Source: Tubiluchus corallicola (lineage: Eukaryota; Animalia; Priapulida). From it: 64,000 nucleotides of DNA. The translations under genes were made by a program, and so were the position numbers. The stretch's first letter is position 1, and every line of letters begins with the position of its first letter. Positions 12,801 to 28,437 of this stretch are shown in pieces. Location: positions 1 to 64,000 of the forward strand of contig JAQGDQ010000140.1 of NCBI GenBank assembly GCA_030141605.1, written 5' to 3'. Under the pieces are notes generated by a model that had not been told where the DNA came from, searched no databases, and saw only the letters and a program-made list of their open reading frames with translations.

Positions 12801-15800
12801 TGATCATTACCCCCTTATTAGATGTTGTACATAACAGCAAGCAATCAGTGATGAACTATTGTAGTTATTTAGGATTAAAATTTGCTTAAAATGCAATGAC
12901 TCATAGGGTGAAATAACGATAATGAAATAGCAAGACTAGTTAAAACGACATACTGGCATGTAGTGCATCGGTATGTATAGGGCACTTTTTCCATGTCGAC
13001 GACGAACTGATTTCTTTCAAGAGCACAGCTCAAATCCTGCAACGGAGCATCAATAATCCAGAATTAAGCATAAATCCTAGAAATGCTTCATTAGCATTAA
13101 CAATCCATAGTTAAGTATAAATCCTAGAAATGCTTCATTATCATTAACAATACATAATTAAGTATAAATCCTAGAAATGCTTCACTATCATTAAGAATCC
13201 ATAATTAAGCAAAAATCCTAGATATGCTTCATTATCATTAACAATCCATAATTAAGTATAAATCCTAGAAATGTTTCATTATCATTAACAATCCATAATT
13301 AAGCATAAATCTTAGAAATGCTTCATAATCATTAACAATCCATAATTAAGCATAAATCCTAGATATGCTTCATTATCATTAACAATCCATAATTAAGTAT
13401 AAATCCTAGAAATGTTTCATTATCATTAACAATCCATAATTAAGCATAAATCTTAGAAATGCTTCATAATCATTAACAATCCATAATTAAGCATAAATCC
13501 TAGATATGCTTCATTATCATTAACAATCCATAATTAAGTATAAATCCTAGAAATGTTTCATTATCATTAACAATCCATAATTAAGCATAAATCTTAGAAA
13601 TGCTTCATAATCATTAACAATCCATAATTAAGCATAAATCATAGAAATGCTTCATTATCATTAACAATCCATAATTAAGCATAAATCATAGAAATGCTTC
13701 ATTATCATTAACAATCCGTAATTAAGTATAAATCCTAGAAATGCTTCATAAATAGACCAGAATAACTGCACCAATGAAACACCACAGAAGGAGAATTGAA
13801 CCTAGTAGATCACCCACCCATTTACTGACCACGGTACCATAAGAAATCAATATAGAATTCGCACGAATTGCTTACCCTCAACTGTTCTGGTGTAAGATTC
13901 TCAGCCATTGCTGTCTTCTGTAGGACATTCCTATTAATGTACATTAATAATTAGCATCATTAGCAGTACGAGTCTAAAATTTAGTACATAGTTATGTTTA
14001 AAGACATAATTCATAAAAGTAAGTCATAAGAGCAAGTCATAAAAGACACAAAGTAGAAGGCAATAACGTGCACGAAAAAATTAGTTTTAATTCTATCCAA
14101 AATCTATACATAATTACTTACAGGGTGTTCAGGAAAAACATTCATGCAAACTAACTCATAGCCCTCCATCTTGGTAGAGGCATTTATAAAAGAGACCCAT
14201 ATCATCACGTAGCCCAGTTGTTTCTCTTTCTAAAGCAAACTGAATTTCTTTTCAAGACGCCACCAAGTGCTGCTCAAACTTTTCTACACTGTGCTCTGGC
14301 ACTGCGCAAAAAACGATCGTTTTTTTAAATATTTTGCCCTTTCGTAGAAGAACTCTGCGTAGAAGAAAGGTCTCAGCGGTACTTGGTGGGGGTCTTGGAG
14401 GGAAATTTGTAGCTCTGATGATCTAGTCTGAGTCTCAGCGGTACTTGGTGGGGTCTTGGAGGGAAATTTGTAGCTCTCGCGATCTAGTCTGAGTCTCTTA
14501 CAAATGCTTCTACTAGGAAGGAAGGTTATGGGTATATTAGGGGGCATGTTTTTCTTGACGACACAGTATAAAATACTCTTATACATATGCCATGCATATA
14601 AAGAAAAAAAATTATTCTGAGAGATTCTTCATCTTTGTCTCACTTTCCTGGCAAAGGTAAGAGTGGACAGGAAGTTGACACACAGATAAAGTAACATACT
14701 ACTAATCAGTAACTTCATATTACAGCTGTCAAGTGTTTATTGTTCTGCTTAACACACCACAAATAATTATTACTAAACATCACCAACATGCACTCCAGTA
14801 AAATTATTAAAATGGAAAAAAAGCATTAAAAATATGCAGCATCCTAGCCGTTCGTTGCCAATAATTAACACTTTAATTAGCAGTAAGTTTATGATACGTA
14901 CCCAATGTGCACAGGTGATTGTAAATGCTGAACCGTCGTGGACAAGTTGTTACAACCAAAGTTGAACCTAGAAAAAGTTAATAATACCATTAATGAAAAT
15001 AATAACAATGTTATATTCATTCTACCTGTTTAGGCTTGTTGTTAAGCTATGAAAGATTTACTATCTTACACATATAAATCACAAATGTAAGAAGAATTCA
15101 GAGATAATTATAAATAAAATACAGAAGAATTCAGAGATAATTATAAATAAAATACAGAAGAATTCACAGATAATTATAAATAAAATACAGAAGAATTCAC
15201 AGATAATTATAAATAATATACAGAAGAATTCACAGATAATTATAAATAAAATACAGAAGAATTCACAGATAATTATAAATAAAATACAGAAGAATTCAGA
15301 GATAATTATAAATAAAATACAGAAGAATTCACAGATAATTATAAAAAAATACAGAAGAATTCACAGATAATTATAAATAAAATACAGAAGAATTCACAGA
15401 TAATTATAAATAAAATACAGAAGAATTCACAGATAATTATAAATAAAATACAGAAGAATTCACAGATAATTATAAATAAAATACAGAAGAATTCACAGAT
15501 AATTATAAATAAAATACAGAAGAATTCACAGATAATTATAAATAAAATACAGAAGAATTCACAGATAATTATAAATAAAATACAGAAGAATTCAGAGATA
15601 ATTATAAATAAAATACAGAAGAATTCACAGATAGTTATAAATAAAATACAGAAGAATTCACAGATAATTATAAATAATATACAGAAGAATTCACAGATAA
15701 TTATAAATAAAATACAGAAGAATTCACAGATAATTATAAATAAAATACAGAAGAATTCACAGATAATTATAAATAAAATACAGAAGAATTCACAGATAAT

Positions 15801-18800
15801 TATAAATAAAATACAGAAGAATTCACAGATAATTATAAATAAAATACAGAAGAATTCACAGATAATTATAAATAAAATACAGAAGAATTCACAGATAATT
15901 ATAAATAAAATACAGAAGAATTCACAGATAATTATAAATAAAATACAGAAGAATTCAGAGATAATTATAAAAAAATACAGAAGAATTCACAGATAATTAT
16001 AAATAAAATACAGAAGAATTCACAGATAATTATAAATAAAATACAGAAGAATTCACAGATAATTATAAATAAAATACAGAAGAATTCAGAGATAGTTATA
16101 AATAAAATATGTATTAATAATACATACTGGCAAATAGTGCATGTATATTTAGGAGGTATTTTGTCTTTTTCAACCATCAAATGGTTTTGTTCAGCTGCAC
16201 AACCAAGTAACTGAAAAATAATAATGATTATTTTGGCGATGACAGCCCAGTGTAAAAAGTATAAATTTTACCACGACCGCTCCAGGCTTTCATACTTTTA
16301 AGAACCAGTCTTTAATTGATGATTAGACAAGCGGTCAACTAGGGTTCCGTAAGGTACCAACACACTTGATGCATCGAAACAGTTATTTGTGGTTATAATA
16401 TTTTATTCTATAAATACGTGACATCCCTACCGTTGAATAACCGCAAGTCTGGTAATAGTTCAATTTTATATCGCCATATATGAAGATCAATCATACATCG
16501 ATGTATTCTCTTAACACAATAAAGTGATCTTGCATCAAAAGTTTAAATCTACACTCTTTAGTATAAAATAAGTGAGAGTGGTGCAATCAGTGATGCTAGT
16601 GGTAGAACCCTGCAGAAACACATCGTCTACTATGAAATTGCTTTGTCTAATTTCACATAAATTGCTTTGTCAATTTCGAATAACTTTAAGACAAGTTTTG
16701 CCCTCAGCCAACATAAGTGAGATTAATCTAAAAAGAGATAAATATGTACGTCAGGCATTTGTAGACAATGTTAGAGATGTTGTGTGGAAAAAATTGTTAT
16801 AAATTAATTCAAATTATATTTTTGGAAAAACATGTACCGAGTTAAAACGAAATTGTTATATAAATTATAGTCATAAAAAATAGTGTAAAATATGCATGTA
16901 TTTTAAATTTATTTTTAATAGGTGTTGTGAAAGTTAAAATTGTGGTTTTGATGTATATATGTAAAAATTATGCAAAAGTAAAATACCCAAGCTGAAACAC
17001 TACTACTAAAGTATGTATGTACATTAAAAATTTGCATTATGTATAATATTGTAATCGTAAATAGTTAAATTGAATTTTGTAAATGAACCTCTTCAAATAC
17101 ACGGGAAACAAAGTATTTATTGTTTAATAAAAAGACTTATAATGATAATAATAATTTGTCTAATGACTGCTGAAAATGCCTCGTGCTAAGATTATGCAAT
17201 ATTCGAAATGACAAATTCGAAAGGTTGACATTTCCCAAAACTTCGATGATTTCAGATGGTTCGCGCACGACTCCGCAAATGCGCTGCCCCATTTAAAATA
17301 TAGGGAAGGACAAATCATAGCTAATACATAGTACGTTAAACTCAGTTACAATGACTACCGAACCAGGAGCTTTCATCCAAATAACAAAGCTGCTAAATTA
17401 ACGAATCAGCAATCATTGCTCAAATAACAAAGCTACTAAATTAGCCAATCAGCAATCATTGCTCAAATAACAAAGCTACTAAATTAGCCAATCAGCAATC
17501 ATTGCTCAAATAACAAAGCTACTAAATTAGCCAATCAGCAATCATTGCTCAAATAACAAAGCTACTAAATTAGCGAATCAGCAATCATTGCTCAAATAAC
17601 AAAGCTACTAGGAAACCATCACATTGAAAGTGAAGCATATACAATGTAACTAAACCCGAGAAAGTCTCAAATTATACAGAACTCAGTGAAACCCTGTAAA
17701 TAATTTATTTGTTTTAAAATTTGATACTTTCATTTCATTTCCAATATTACGACTGTAGTGAGCCTAACTCTTAAGAGCGGTTTTAGCAAACTGCATTTCC
17801 ACCAACAGAAAATGACAATTATTTCTAAATTACATTTACCTGTACGTCACCAGGTGAAAGGTGTTCATCCTGAGCCATGGGTTGAAAAACACCTGACCTA
17901 AACAAACCAAAAAAAGTTAATAAGTAGCAGCACATAGACTGTAAACACACTCATGCGGACTGTGCAGTGATAATTAGTGCGGTAGCATAGCTTGTGCGGT
18001 TCAAACAGAATTACATCAACAGCTTGTGATCGACACATTCTGGATTCTACCTACATAATATGAAAAATGCAAGATTTTAACTATCACATCTAAAGTTATA
18101 GTTAAAAATAGAATTTTTTACCACACTTACTAAAGAAACCAGAACGTTGCAAATATTAACCTGCAACTGTTTCATTTATTATGATAAACCAACTTAGTTG
18201 TGTTTTTGTTTTTATTATATTACAACTTAATTAGTAGTTTTTAATCTGATTTATTTTTATTATTGACTGCAGTTCGCTTTTCAATAACCTAACAATGGTT
18301 TTATGGTTTTAAACTTGTAAAACCAGTTGCACAGGGCTCGAAAAACAACTGAAATTATTCTAGGTTACATTCAGGTACTTGAAGATTTTCCATACTGCTT
18401 AACAATCTAAAGCATCATCAGAATAGCACTGACAAGCCACTCTTATAGAAGTATCTAGTTTTTTTTGCTGGATTACTGCTGTGCTTAACCTTTTTGAATG
18501 GACAGCTTCCTTGAAATTTAATGTCAAAAACACAGATACAGAATTTTCATTGATGCATCTTATTTAGGGTTACCATATTGTCTGAGTTGAAAAAGAGGAC
18601 ACTTTTTCGCACACTTGTAAGTACGCAAAAATGACCGGTCTAGGGTCTAATAAAACGATGCAAAATAAAATTCAAATTATATAAATAGGACTACATGTAT
18701 TCTAATAGCAATACCAAATGGCTATACTGCATAATACACTGTATACTGCGAATACGCCGAGTATCGACAGCGGTGTGAGTCATAGTGATTTGCGAATCGC

Positions 18801-21800
18801 CTACTTTTGTTCAGTAAATATGTACACAAAGCTCTTACAAGGGTTGCATTTTGAGATGTTAGCAACATCTTGTATTGAAAATTAACGAGCTTTTCTTTGT
18901 CTCGTACTGTCGTATGCCTCTGCAGTTGACAACGTTCGAACATACTTGCGCATTGAGGCAAAACCTGGACAAACTGCCGATTTTTTGAAAACCCGCCCAA
19001 AAAGAGGACGGGTCCGGGGGAAACCCGGACATATGGTAACCCTAATCTTATAATAAAGTGGTTTTCTAAAGTCTAAACTATGGACAGTCAGTAAAAGTAT
19101 TTTCATTTGCTCAACTCTTTTGTCAGATTATAAATTATTTTCCGCAACAACATGACTAATTTTTAGTCACTTGATCTGCACCTGGTTTAAACTAAAAAAA
19201 ACCCGCCAAACTATGCTATTACTATAAGTAAACAGCTTTAGACTTTTAGCAGACATTTTTACATCAATAGCGGGCTATCTTTGCATGCTACTTGCAGCAC
19301 TGAAACACAGCATGAAGATTGCTATGGAATGACTTGCAAACTGCAAACAGGGTGACATAAAAACTCATCGATATTTGTGCAAATTTCTGAATTCTTTAAT
19401 GTGTTTCACTAACCAAAATGTAACGTGACTTGTTGCATTTTCAGTATTTTTATTTCTATGTAAGGTAACTGACACAGTTTCAATTGTAATTTTTTAAGCA
19501 TATCATTTATGAAAAATTGCTATACCAGACTTCAATTCTTTCTATTATTTAAACAGATATATATGTTTAAATCCGGCTAAATATGGCACTATTTACTTTT
19601 CTAGCCCTTGCCTTTTAGTTCTTTATAAAAAAATTAAGACTATTTGGGCAATTAACCTGTCTTGTGTGTTTTGTCTTACCTGTTCTAAGTTTACTCACAA
19701 TATGTTGTTTAACATATAGAAAAACGGAAAAGTAAAACAATAGTACAACATCCAATGAACATGTTTTGCTAGTTCCGGATCCATTGAAATTACTGGATCT
19801 TGAGATACACAACCAGACCTGGTACATCCCTAATAAATAGTAAAGAAACTACCATGATTGGTATGACATACCACTTGTGAATCGGAGAACGAAAATGCTC
19901 AAGGGTAACGGGTAAATCGGCAAAGTCATAGCGGAGCCTGCAAATACACAAAAAGATATATTTCTTGTCAATACTTCTTGTAAACAAATTACTATTACTG
20001 TCAACTAAATTAAATTAAGTTATTTAATTAAGTTTAAATCAGTGAAACCGTTTCGCAAAACCATATAAATGACTGACATCATGAGCTGTTGAAATCGAAA
20101 CAATTTCGGTGATCAAACTGCCCTCTCGATCGCATTTATTGAACTAGCAAACAAAAAAAGATTTGATGGTAGATCACAAGAGACAAATGAATTTCTATGT
20201 ATGCATAGTCAAATGTGAGCAATCTAATTGAATTTGTGAATAGCAAGAGATTAAAATCTGTGCTGCCAACGAACCTAAGAAACATAGTATGATGAAATAA
20301 CCAAACTGTAAGAAGAATGGCCCAAGACAAGCATGTCTAGCGTGGGGCAGTGGATACAGCATCAAGTGTTGGGACAGCAGGTGGCTAGTGCATCGCTCAA
20401 TTAAAGCTGGGTAGGTTAGCAAGGTGACCAGAGAATCCTGTTCGAGTAGTAAGTGTGTCAAAAAACAAAGAAATGAGTGAGATTCTAACCCAGAACCCTT
20501 GAATCACCAGCCAATACCTCTTGACCACAGTTTCCACCACACCGTAAGTAATATAGCAATAACTAAGAGAACTCACTGGCATAGGGTGCACTTGTACGAA
20601 TGCGGCACCGTCTCAGTGCATATAATCAACTGATTCCTTTGATATGCTTGACCCAAAATCTGTAACAGACATACAAATAAAATATTTCATGAAAGTGATT
20701 TGACAACCTATTAGAGTGAGATCAGTAGTAATAAATCTCTGCACCTTGAATAATTTACTGTACTGTCTCATATTTATACTAAGTTATACGCGATGATACT
20801 AGCTTTTTCAAAAAATACCAGTTTTTAAATACATTACTGGTACTATTTTTATAATCAGCTTGTTTGTTTTCTTTGCCAATACAAATATTAAACCTTACTT
20901 TTATAATTAAGAATACATAAAATTTTATACAACTTAAGAAAAACCTACTAACAAATTTCAATGGTGTGAATTCAAAGAAAAACAACATTTTATAAAAACT
21001 GACATCCTGCAAAACGTGACATCTGGCAAAATGTCACAACTTGCAAAAAGAAACGTCTTGCAAAATGCACCATCTTTTAAAATGTGACATCTTACAAAAA
21101 CTTACATCTTGTACAATGTGCCATCTTGTAAAATGTGACATTTTACAAAAAGTTACATTTTTGTTGAGTTACAGATCATATAGACAAAACTGTGCGTAAA
21201 TAGATTACGCACTGTGCCCAAACGGATTACGCACTGTGCCCAAATAGATCACGCACTGTGCCCAAACAGATGACGCACTCTGTGCCCAAACAGATGACGC
21301 ACTCTGTGCGCAAACAGATTACGCACTGTGCCCAAATAGATCACGCACTGTGCCCAAATAGATCACGCACTGTGCCCAAATAGATCACGCACTGTGCCCA
21401 AACAGATGACGCACTCTGTGCCCAAACAGATTACGCACTGTGCCCAAACAGATTACGCACTGTGCCCAAACAGATGATGCACTCTGTGCCCAAACAGATT
21501 ACGCACTGTGCCCAAACAGATCACGCACTGTGCCCAAACAGATGACGCACTCTGTGCCCAAACAGATGACGCACTCTGTGCCCAAACAGATTACGCACTG
21601 TGCCCAAACAGATGACGCACTCTGTGCCCAAACAGATTACGCACTGTGCCCAAACAGATCACGCACTGTGCCCAAACAGATGACGCACTCTGTGCCCAAA
21701 CAGATTACGCACTGTGCCCAAATAGATCATGCACTGTGCCCAAACAGATGACGCACTCTGTGCGCAAACAGATTATGCACTGTGCGCAAACAGATTACGC

Positions 21801-24800
21801 ACTCTGTGCCCAAACAGATGATGCACTCTGTGCCCAAACAGATTACGCACTGTGCGCAAACAGATTACGCACTCTGTGCGCAAACAGATTACGCACTGTG
21901 CCCAAACAGATGACGCACTCTGTGCGCAAACAGATTACGCACTGTGCCCAAACAGATGACGCACTGTGCCCAAATAGATTACGCACTGTGCCCAAACAGA
22001 TGACACACTCTGTGCCCAAACAGATTACGCACTCTGCACAAACGTATTGTGTTCAAATAGATTTTTTGCAATAGTTTCATTACTAGGTAAGGATTATTCT
22101 GTTTTGAGTCATAAAATGAATTATGGATTATGTTTGCTTCAAATTATTTACGGAATCAAATATTTTTTCTTTAAATGGATACCAGAATTTCTTCCTGTCC
22201 AAGATTTTGTGCTAAAGCATCCTGGTGTAAAACTTCTAACCTAGAAAAACATGAAAAAATTAAACACAGGCCAAGGCAACATAAGGCACATTCACATCAC
22301 GTCAGAACATGTTCAAATTGGAACAAAGGCAAAAACTGCGAAATTTGCTGCACAAGTACTCAGAAAAATCTTTAGTCAACAATCAAAAAACTTATTTAGA
22401 TTTTTAGGACTTTTAGGCTTATTAGATATGAGAAAAATATGACATAAAAACTTTTCTCCACATTATATAAATTACTGTAGCTTTTTAATGTCCAACACAA
22501 CGTCTAATCAGGGTAGCGAATTTAAATCTTTAAAAATTGCTAATTCTAAATGTTTTCTAGTTTTTTTTCCAGTAACATGTAGTCCTAAAGATAAGATAAA
22601 TTGTGAAATATTGATAATTATGCATCAATGAGTTTTTAACACCATAATTTTGTTGTATTATTTACTTTCACACTGGACAGCGACAAACACGAAAATTATT
22701 CTTATTCCTATAAGTGATGGGTTCCCAACCTTGGGGTCGCGTGCTAGTACAAAAACTATTTTTAAAAAAATACATGAAAAGTATGTAAGTAGGTCTTGTT
22801 TCCTTAGTCTCTCATTACATCATTTTGTTGTGGAAAGTGAAACTGGGTTTTCCCGCTCTAAATGCGGTATAACAGGCTTGATTTTCCGGAAAAATGCGTG
22901 TACAGTGTACACTACGCGAAAGCGCGTCATTATTCATTTTACGTCGGATCTTCTTGGATACCTATCGCAATGCAAAACTACTCGCTGAGAAACAGGCGCA
23001 AACATCACATTAATGAATTAATGAAACAATGACTCCTTGTTCAATAATTTGTTGAATAGTAAGTTAAAATTAATAAATGCAAACGATGGTGTTTAATAGT
23101 ACAACATGTGATTATGTTCTTTATGGGGTCGCGATATGATGCTGGGTTCTGGAAAGGGGTCGCTGTCAACAAAAAAGGTTGGAAACCACTGCCATAAATG
23201 AACCTAAAGCAAGAGCTATAATCTATGAGCTTACCCTATATGTAACGGCGAATGAAAATGTTCCAATGCTGAATGTAAATTCACAAACGCAAATGGTGTC
23301 CTACAAAAAACGAAAAACGTCAAATTAAATTTGAAAAAATTCAAAAATATTGGTTTAAAGTTCAGCATATAAAAAATAATACTGAAAACCAATAAATTAA
23401 TAAATACAAAATTTAATTAGATTAGATATTTATAATCTTGGAATACAAAATACAGAGTCAGTGCAACTTGACAAACACTTACTACATCACATAAAGTAAA
23501 TTAGTGATTAGGAAATAAGGTTTAACACTGTTAAATACAATAACCAAAACAGGTACTAATGAGGTCACTGCAGTGATCACAAGAGTGGGTGTCGTCTAAT
23601 TTGTTCCCCGCATTTGACTTACAATCCAAAGATCCCTGGTTCAAATCCAACTGGTTATGTGCCAACTTTTTTACATTTTTGTCTTTTGCTACAGTTTAGT
23701 TTAGTGTTAGTCGATTAACAGCATTCATGAGTGCAAGATAATTGCTTAATTAGTAATTAATTAATTGATAATTAGTAATCAGTTAATTAATCAAACATAC
23801 TGGCACAGAGAACATCTGTATGTGTGAGGCATTTTGTCCGTCTCTATGATCAGCTGATTCTTTTCGAATCCACATATCAGCACCTGCAGTTAAATTGTAT
23901 AAGTGCATTATATGGAAGAAATAAAAATGATATAGTTTATTATAAGCTTATCAGCAGACGCTGTTCGACGACTGTGTTCGACCCTGAAGTGATGATGATG
24001 TCTTTGGCTCAGACATGTTTTAGATACTTATCTGAGGGTCCACAGTTATACAGTATTAAGTTTCGTTTTCACTTCCTTGGCAGTTTTGGAAAAGATAAAT
24101 TATCAAGCCAAAAAGTAGAAATTTTAGAATTTTTCAGTAGTTGCTAGGCAACCATTGTCACTATGGCAATCAAATTTTTACAGCACAAATAGACGTGCAA
24201 CTGTGTAAGTTTGGTTAGAACTGGATGAGCAGTCTTTGAGAAACAGACAGACAGACGGAAAGACGGATAGATGCAAGTGAGAAAAGGGGTCCAAATAAGT
24301 TGAGGGGTCAAACCAGTAATATTTATCAATCTACTTAAAACATATTAGTACAATTAAATTTCTTAAAATGAGTCGTTGCAACTCATTTGCAAACAATAAA
24401 TATAATGTTAAGACAGCAAAATGTCATTTATTTTTATCCCCACCCCCACATTATGATGGTTCGATCCATTACGAAGCCAGTGCACATCGGCATTGCTATA
24501 AGTAGTGGGTATCGAATGGCTGCTTCGGTTCAATTGACTGAAGCACAGGTGCGATTAATATCTCACGCACAGGTGCAATTAACATCTCAGCACCTGTTCT
24601 GCAGAACTTGGAGGAAGCACATGGGATTATGGCGAGTTTACTTTACAAAAACTCTCCTTGTTCTTTCGTTTTTCTAACGTTTTACTGTAACATTAAGTGA
24701 ACGCTAATGAATCAACATCATCCGGTCACATCATAATAATATACAAACATGTTCTAATTTGGATAATGATAACTGCAATAAATAATAACACATAGATGTT

Positions 24801-27800
24801 CATAAACTGATTACCTTTTTAGCGTCCAGTGGAACTTTTTCAACCTCCATCACTTGATGTAAAATCGCCAACCTAAAAAAATGGTAAATAATATAGGTAA
24901 GTAAATTATATTACCACATTCATGAAAGCATACAATCTACTCATGAAACATTTTTTTTAAAAACCAGATGTCAATGCATACTTTAACTGCCGTGAGTTCA
25001 GTGTGTTGCCCAGAAGATGGTGCTAAAATGCAATATGCAGTTTTAATTGCTTTCCATAAAGTTAATTTTAATTGTCATAATAAACATTTTGTTTATTATT
25101 CCAAGATTTCTGCATTTGTCCACGACTACAACCTCTTGACTCAATGGACTCCAAAGCAGTTATAGTGAGTACCTACAGCTGAAATTTAGAGAAATTGGCA
25201 TCCTAGCGCCATCTTCTGGGCAGCACACTAAACTCACTGCAGTTACAGTACGCATGGAGAGTTATTCACAATACACATTTACTGAAAACAATAATATAAC
25301 ACTTTGGTTTTTCATTGCATTGAAGTAACTGTAGTATTTATTTCCACTTCAAACAAAATATTTCTACAAAATTTACCCAAAAAAAGAAACACTCATTTTC
25401 TACACAGTACACACTAATAAATAATATTTCGTTTGCCTGCCAGAAGTGAGTCATTTAAAATTGTGAATACACATTTGAGGCAACTTACTGATGATCATTT
25501 TCCAACTGACCAACCGATCAACGACTTGACCAACATAAATACCAACAGTTGCTTCAAGTTTGAGCAGATTAGAACTTGGGTTAATAGAAAACGAGTGTAT
25601 AACGATCATCCTTAGTCGAAATTTCAAAATTTTTGTCTTAAAACGGCTTTAAAAGTTTCATAGGAAATGCCTCCAGAAATGAAACTTCACAATAAATATC
25701 AGCTTTTAAGCCGGTCTATCACAGCTAATCTTACCCCACATGCAGACTGGAATGAAAGTGCTCAACTGCTAGGATTAGATCAGGAAAACTCAACCTGGAA
25801 AAAGCAATTCCTGCTTAAAAACTACTCATTGTAACAATGATATAAATGCACGAAAGCAAAGCTAAATTAAAAGTTTGAAAAACTTTGTATATCTAATGCG
25901 ACTCAAACCTAAGACCTTCTGCTTTCCGGATGAATGTGCTAACCACCTTCTGGCACAGAATCAGACTGGTACAAAATACATAAATATTAAAAAATAACAC
26001 AACTGCAGCACTGCTCATATAGCATTATCATATAATTACTGCTGCTTGATGAACAATAGCTAAGCAAATAACTGTAAAAATTTTAATAGATTATCCATTA
26101 TCAAAAATACTAACAAAACAGAGATTCTAGGCGGAATCAAGGATATTATGTGTTACTCTAATGAAATGCATCGTTATGTAATGTTGAAAAAAGGTAACGA
26201 ATGAATGAGTGAATGAATGACCAAATGAATGAATGAACAAACAAACGAATGGACGGATGAATGAATGAATATATTTTGACGTCAACATAATGGTCATTAA
26301 AGTTTCTGTAATAGTATTAATACTCATAGAGAAGGCACTGTTCTCTATTTTTCAATGATTTTGCACTTTGAAGAGTGTTGCACATTGCTAATGTTAATGC
26401 CTAGGAACCAACCAGCAATAGGCTGCGAAGTACGTTTATTAGCAATTAAAAACAGAATTCTTTTTATCATAAGGTCAATGATAATGTCTATAATCTTTAT
26501 TTTATTAGTGATTGTTATGTTTTACATTAAACTTTCATTTACTAGCAATGAAAACAGTTAAAAGCAGGCAAGGTTTTAAATAATAGTAGCAGCAATAATA
26601 TAATATAGTTTAAATTATTTATTACAATACATATAATAATAATATAATATTAGTAAGTTTAGAGTGCATACTGGCATACGGAACATCTGTATGTTTGTGT
26701 CTTTTTCTCCCTGTCTAGAATCATCAAATGACCGTCTTGCAAAGCCGATGATAACAGCTACAACAGCAAAGCAATCAGAATAATGTATCTCTCATCCATG
26801 TTGTAAAGTCATCATATACATTCATTATTTGCTGTAACCGTACGTTTACTGATTTTTTTCTACTACTTGCCACACTAAATGAAAACTTTGCTGAAAGAAA
26901 ATTCTAAAGGAAAAAGACAAAGTCAACGGTAAAATAACACCACTGGCAACACTAGATCATTGGTTGCCTGCATTAGTTATCCTTGTTTATCCATAACCAA
27001 CGGTAGCAACATTTTATAATTACAAACAAACTTTACTCTAAATATTGTTAAATAAGGAATAAATAATCTAAAGTTTGATTTGAAAAAATAATTTAAATTT
27101 GACGGTGTACATGTGTTAGAGAAGAGGTCTGAAATTTTAAAGCACTTCAACTGAATTATAATCTACAATTTAAGGACATAAATTCAAAATTCAGTTTAGT
27201 ATAGTATAGATTCCGAGTCACATTTACCTGTGTGTCTTTTGATGGTAGTTTTTTTGAGTGTGCCTCACGCTGTACAAAATCTATCCTAAAAACCGAAAGA
27301 ACAGTGAAAATACTCAAAAACGACTCATTACTCAAACTCGTCCTTGCCACGAGTCACCAGTTCTTTACGACTTGCATTGGTTGCCTTTTTATAAGCTCAC
27401 TGAATTCAAACTTTTAGTATTTATAGTTAAAAACACAAAACTTTATTAAAAATTTTACAATAAGAAGCTAAAATCATGCCAAACGTTTCAACAAACTGCT
27501 GCTGTCATCATCAGAAGTAAATTTACAAACATACAACCAGTTTATATAGGCAGAGTCTATTATGCACTAATTAAGCAGTTAACAGAATCCAAAAACAGGT
27601 AATGAAATAGGTAATTATATAGGCTCTGCCTATATAAACTGGTTGTATGTTTGTAAATTTACCACTGATGATGACAGCAGCAGCAGCAGCCTATTGAAAC
27701 ATTTGGCATGATTTTAGCTTTTTAGTGTAAAAATTTTAATAAAGTTGTGTTGTTTTTAACAATAAATGTTTTTAAGTGTCTGTAATAAAAAATTGATTAT

Positions 27801-28406
27801 AGTTTTTATTTACAAAATTTTACACGGACAGGTTTGCAATGCATTTGTTTGATCTTTTATATCTGCATACAACTCATGACGGTGTTGCAATGCATTTGTT
27901 TGATCTTTTATATCTGCATACAACTCATGACGATGTTGCAAGTCGTACCCAAGAAGCAGCTCATCCTTCACATTTAATAAAGGCTGAATATGAGCAGGAA
28001 ACACATGGCCGTCGTGTCTTTCCAGTTAATGCCCCACAATTGTGGAATCATTTAACATTGTCTATATGTTAAATGACACCTTGTTGGTATGTTTGTAAAT
28101 CAGTTGTAAATTTGAAAATTAGTTGTCAATTGACACCGTCACAAAATTTTAAAAAGCATTTAAAGGCACCATTATGGATCAAAGTTTTATCTGTACATTA
28201 GAATAGAGTACGTTGACACAATTTTATGATTGCTTTTAAAATCGATCTTATAGAACTACTTACAATTTGTACGATTTTGTGTTTTTATAAAGACTGTGTA
28301 AGTAAGTTATAACAGACTTTTTAATTGTAAAGTGTATGGAGATGACTTGATGTGATGTGCTATACAAATAATATATCGGTCGTCCTCGTTGCCCTCGTCG
28401 TCCTCG

Positions 28407-28437
<31 letters not shown>

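Noticed and set aside
13054-22042. CRISPR-like regular arrays
   Set aside because: Head-to-tail tandem units with no unique spacers, no cas genes, eukaryotic intron context
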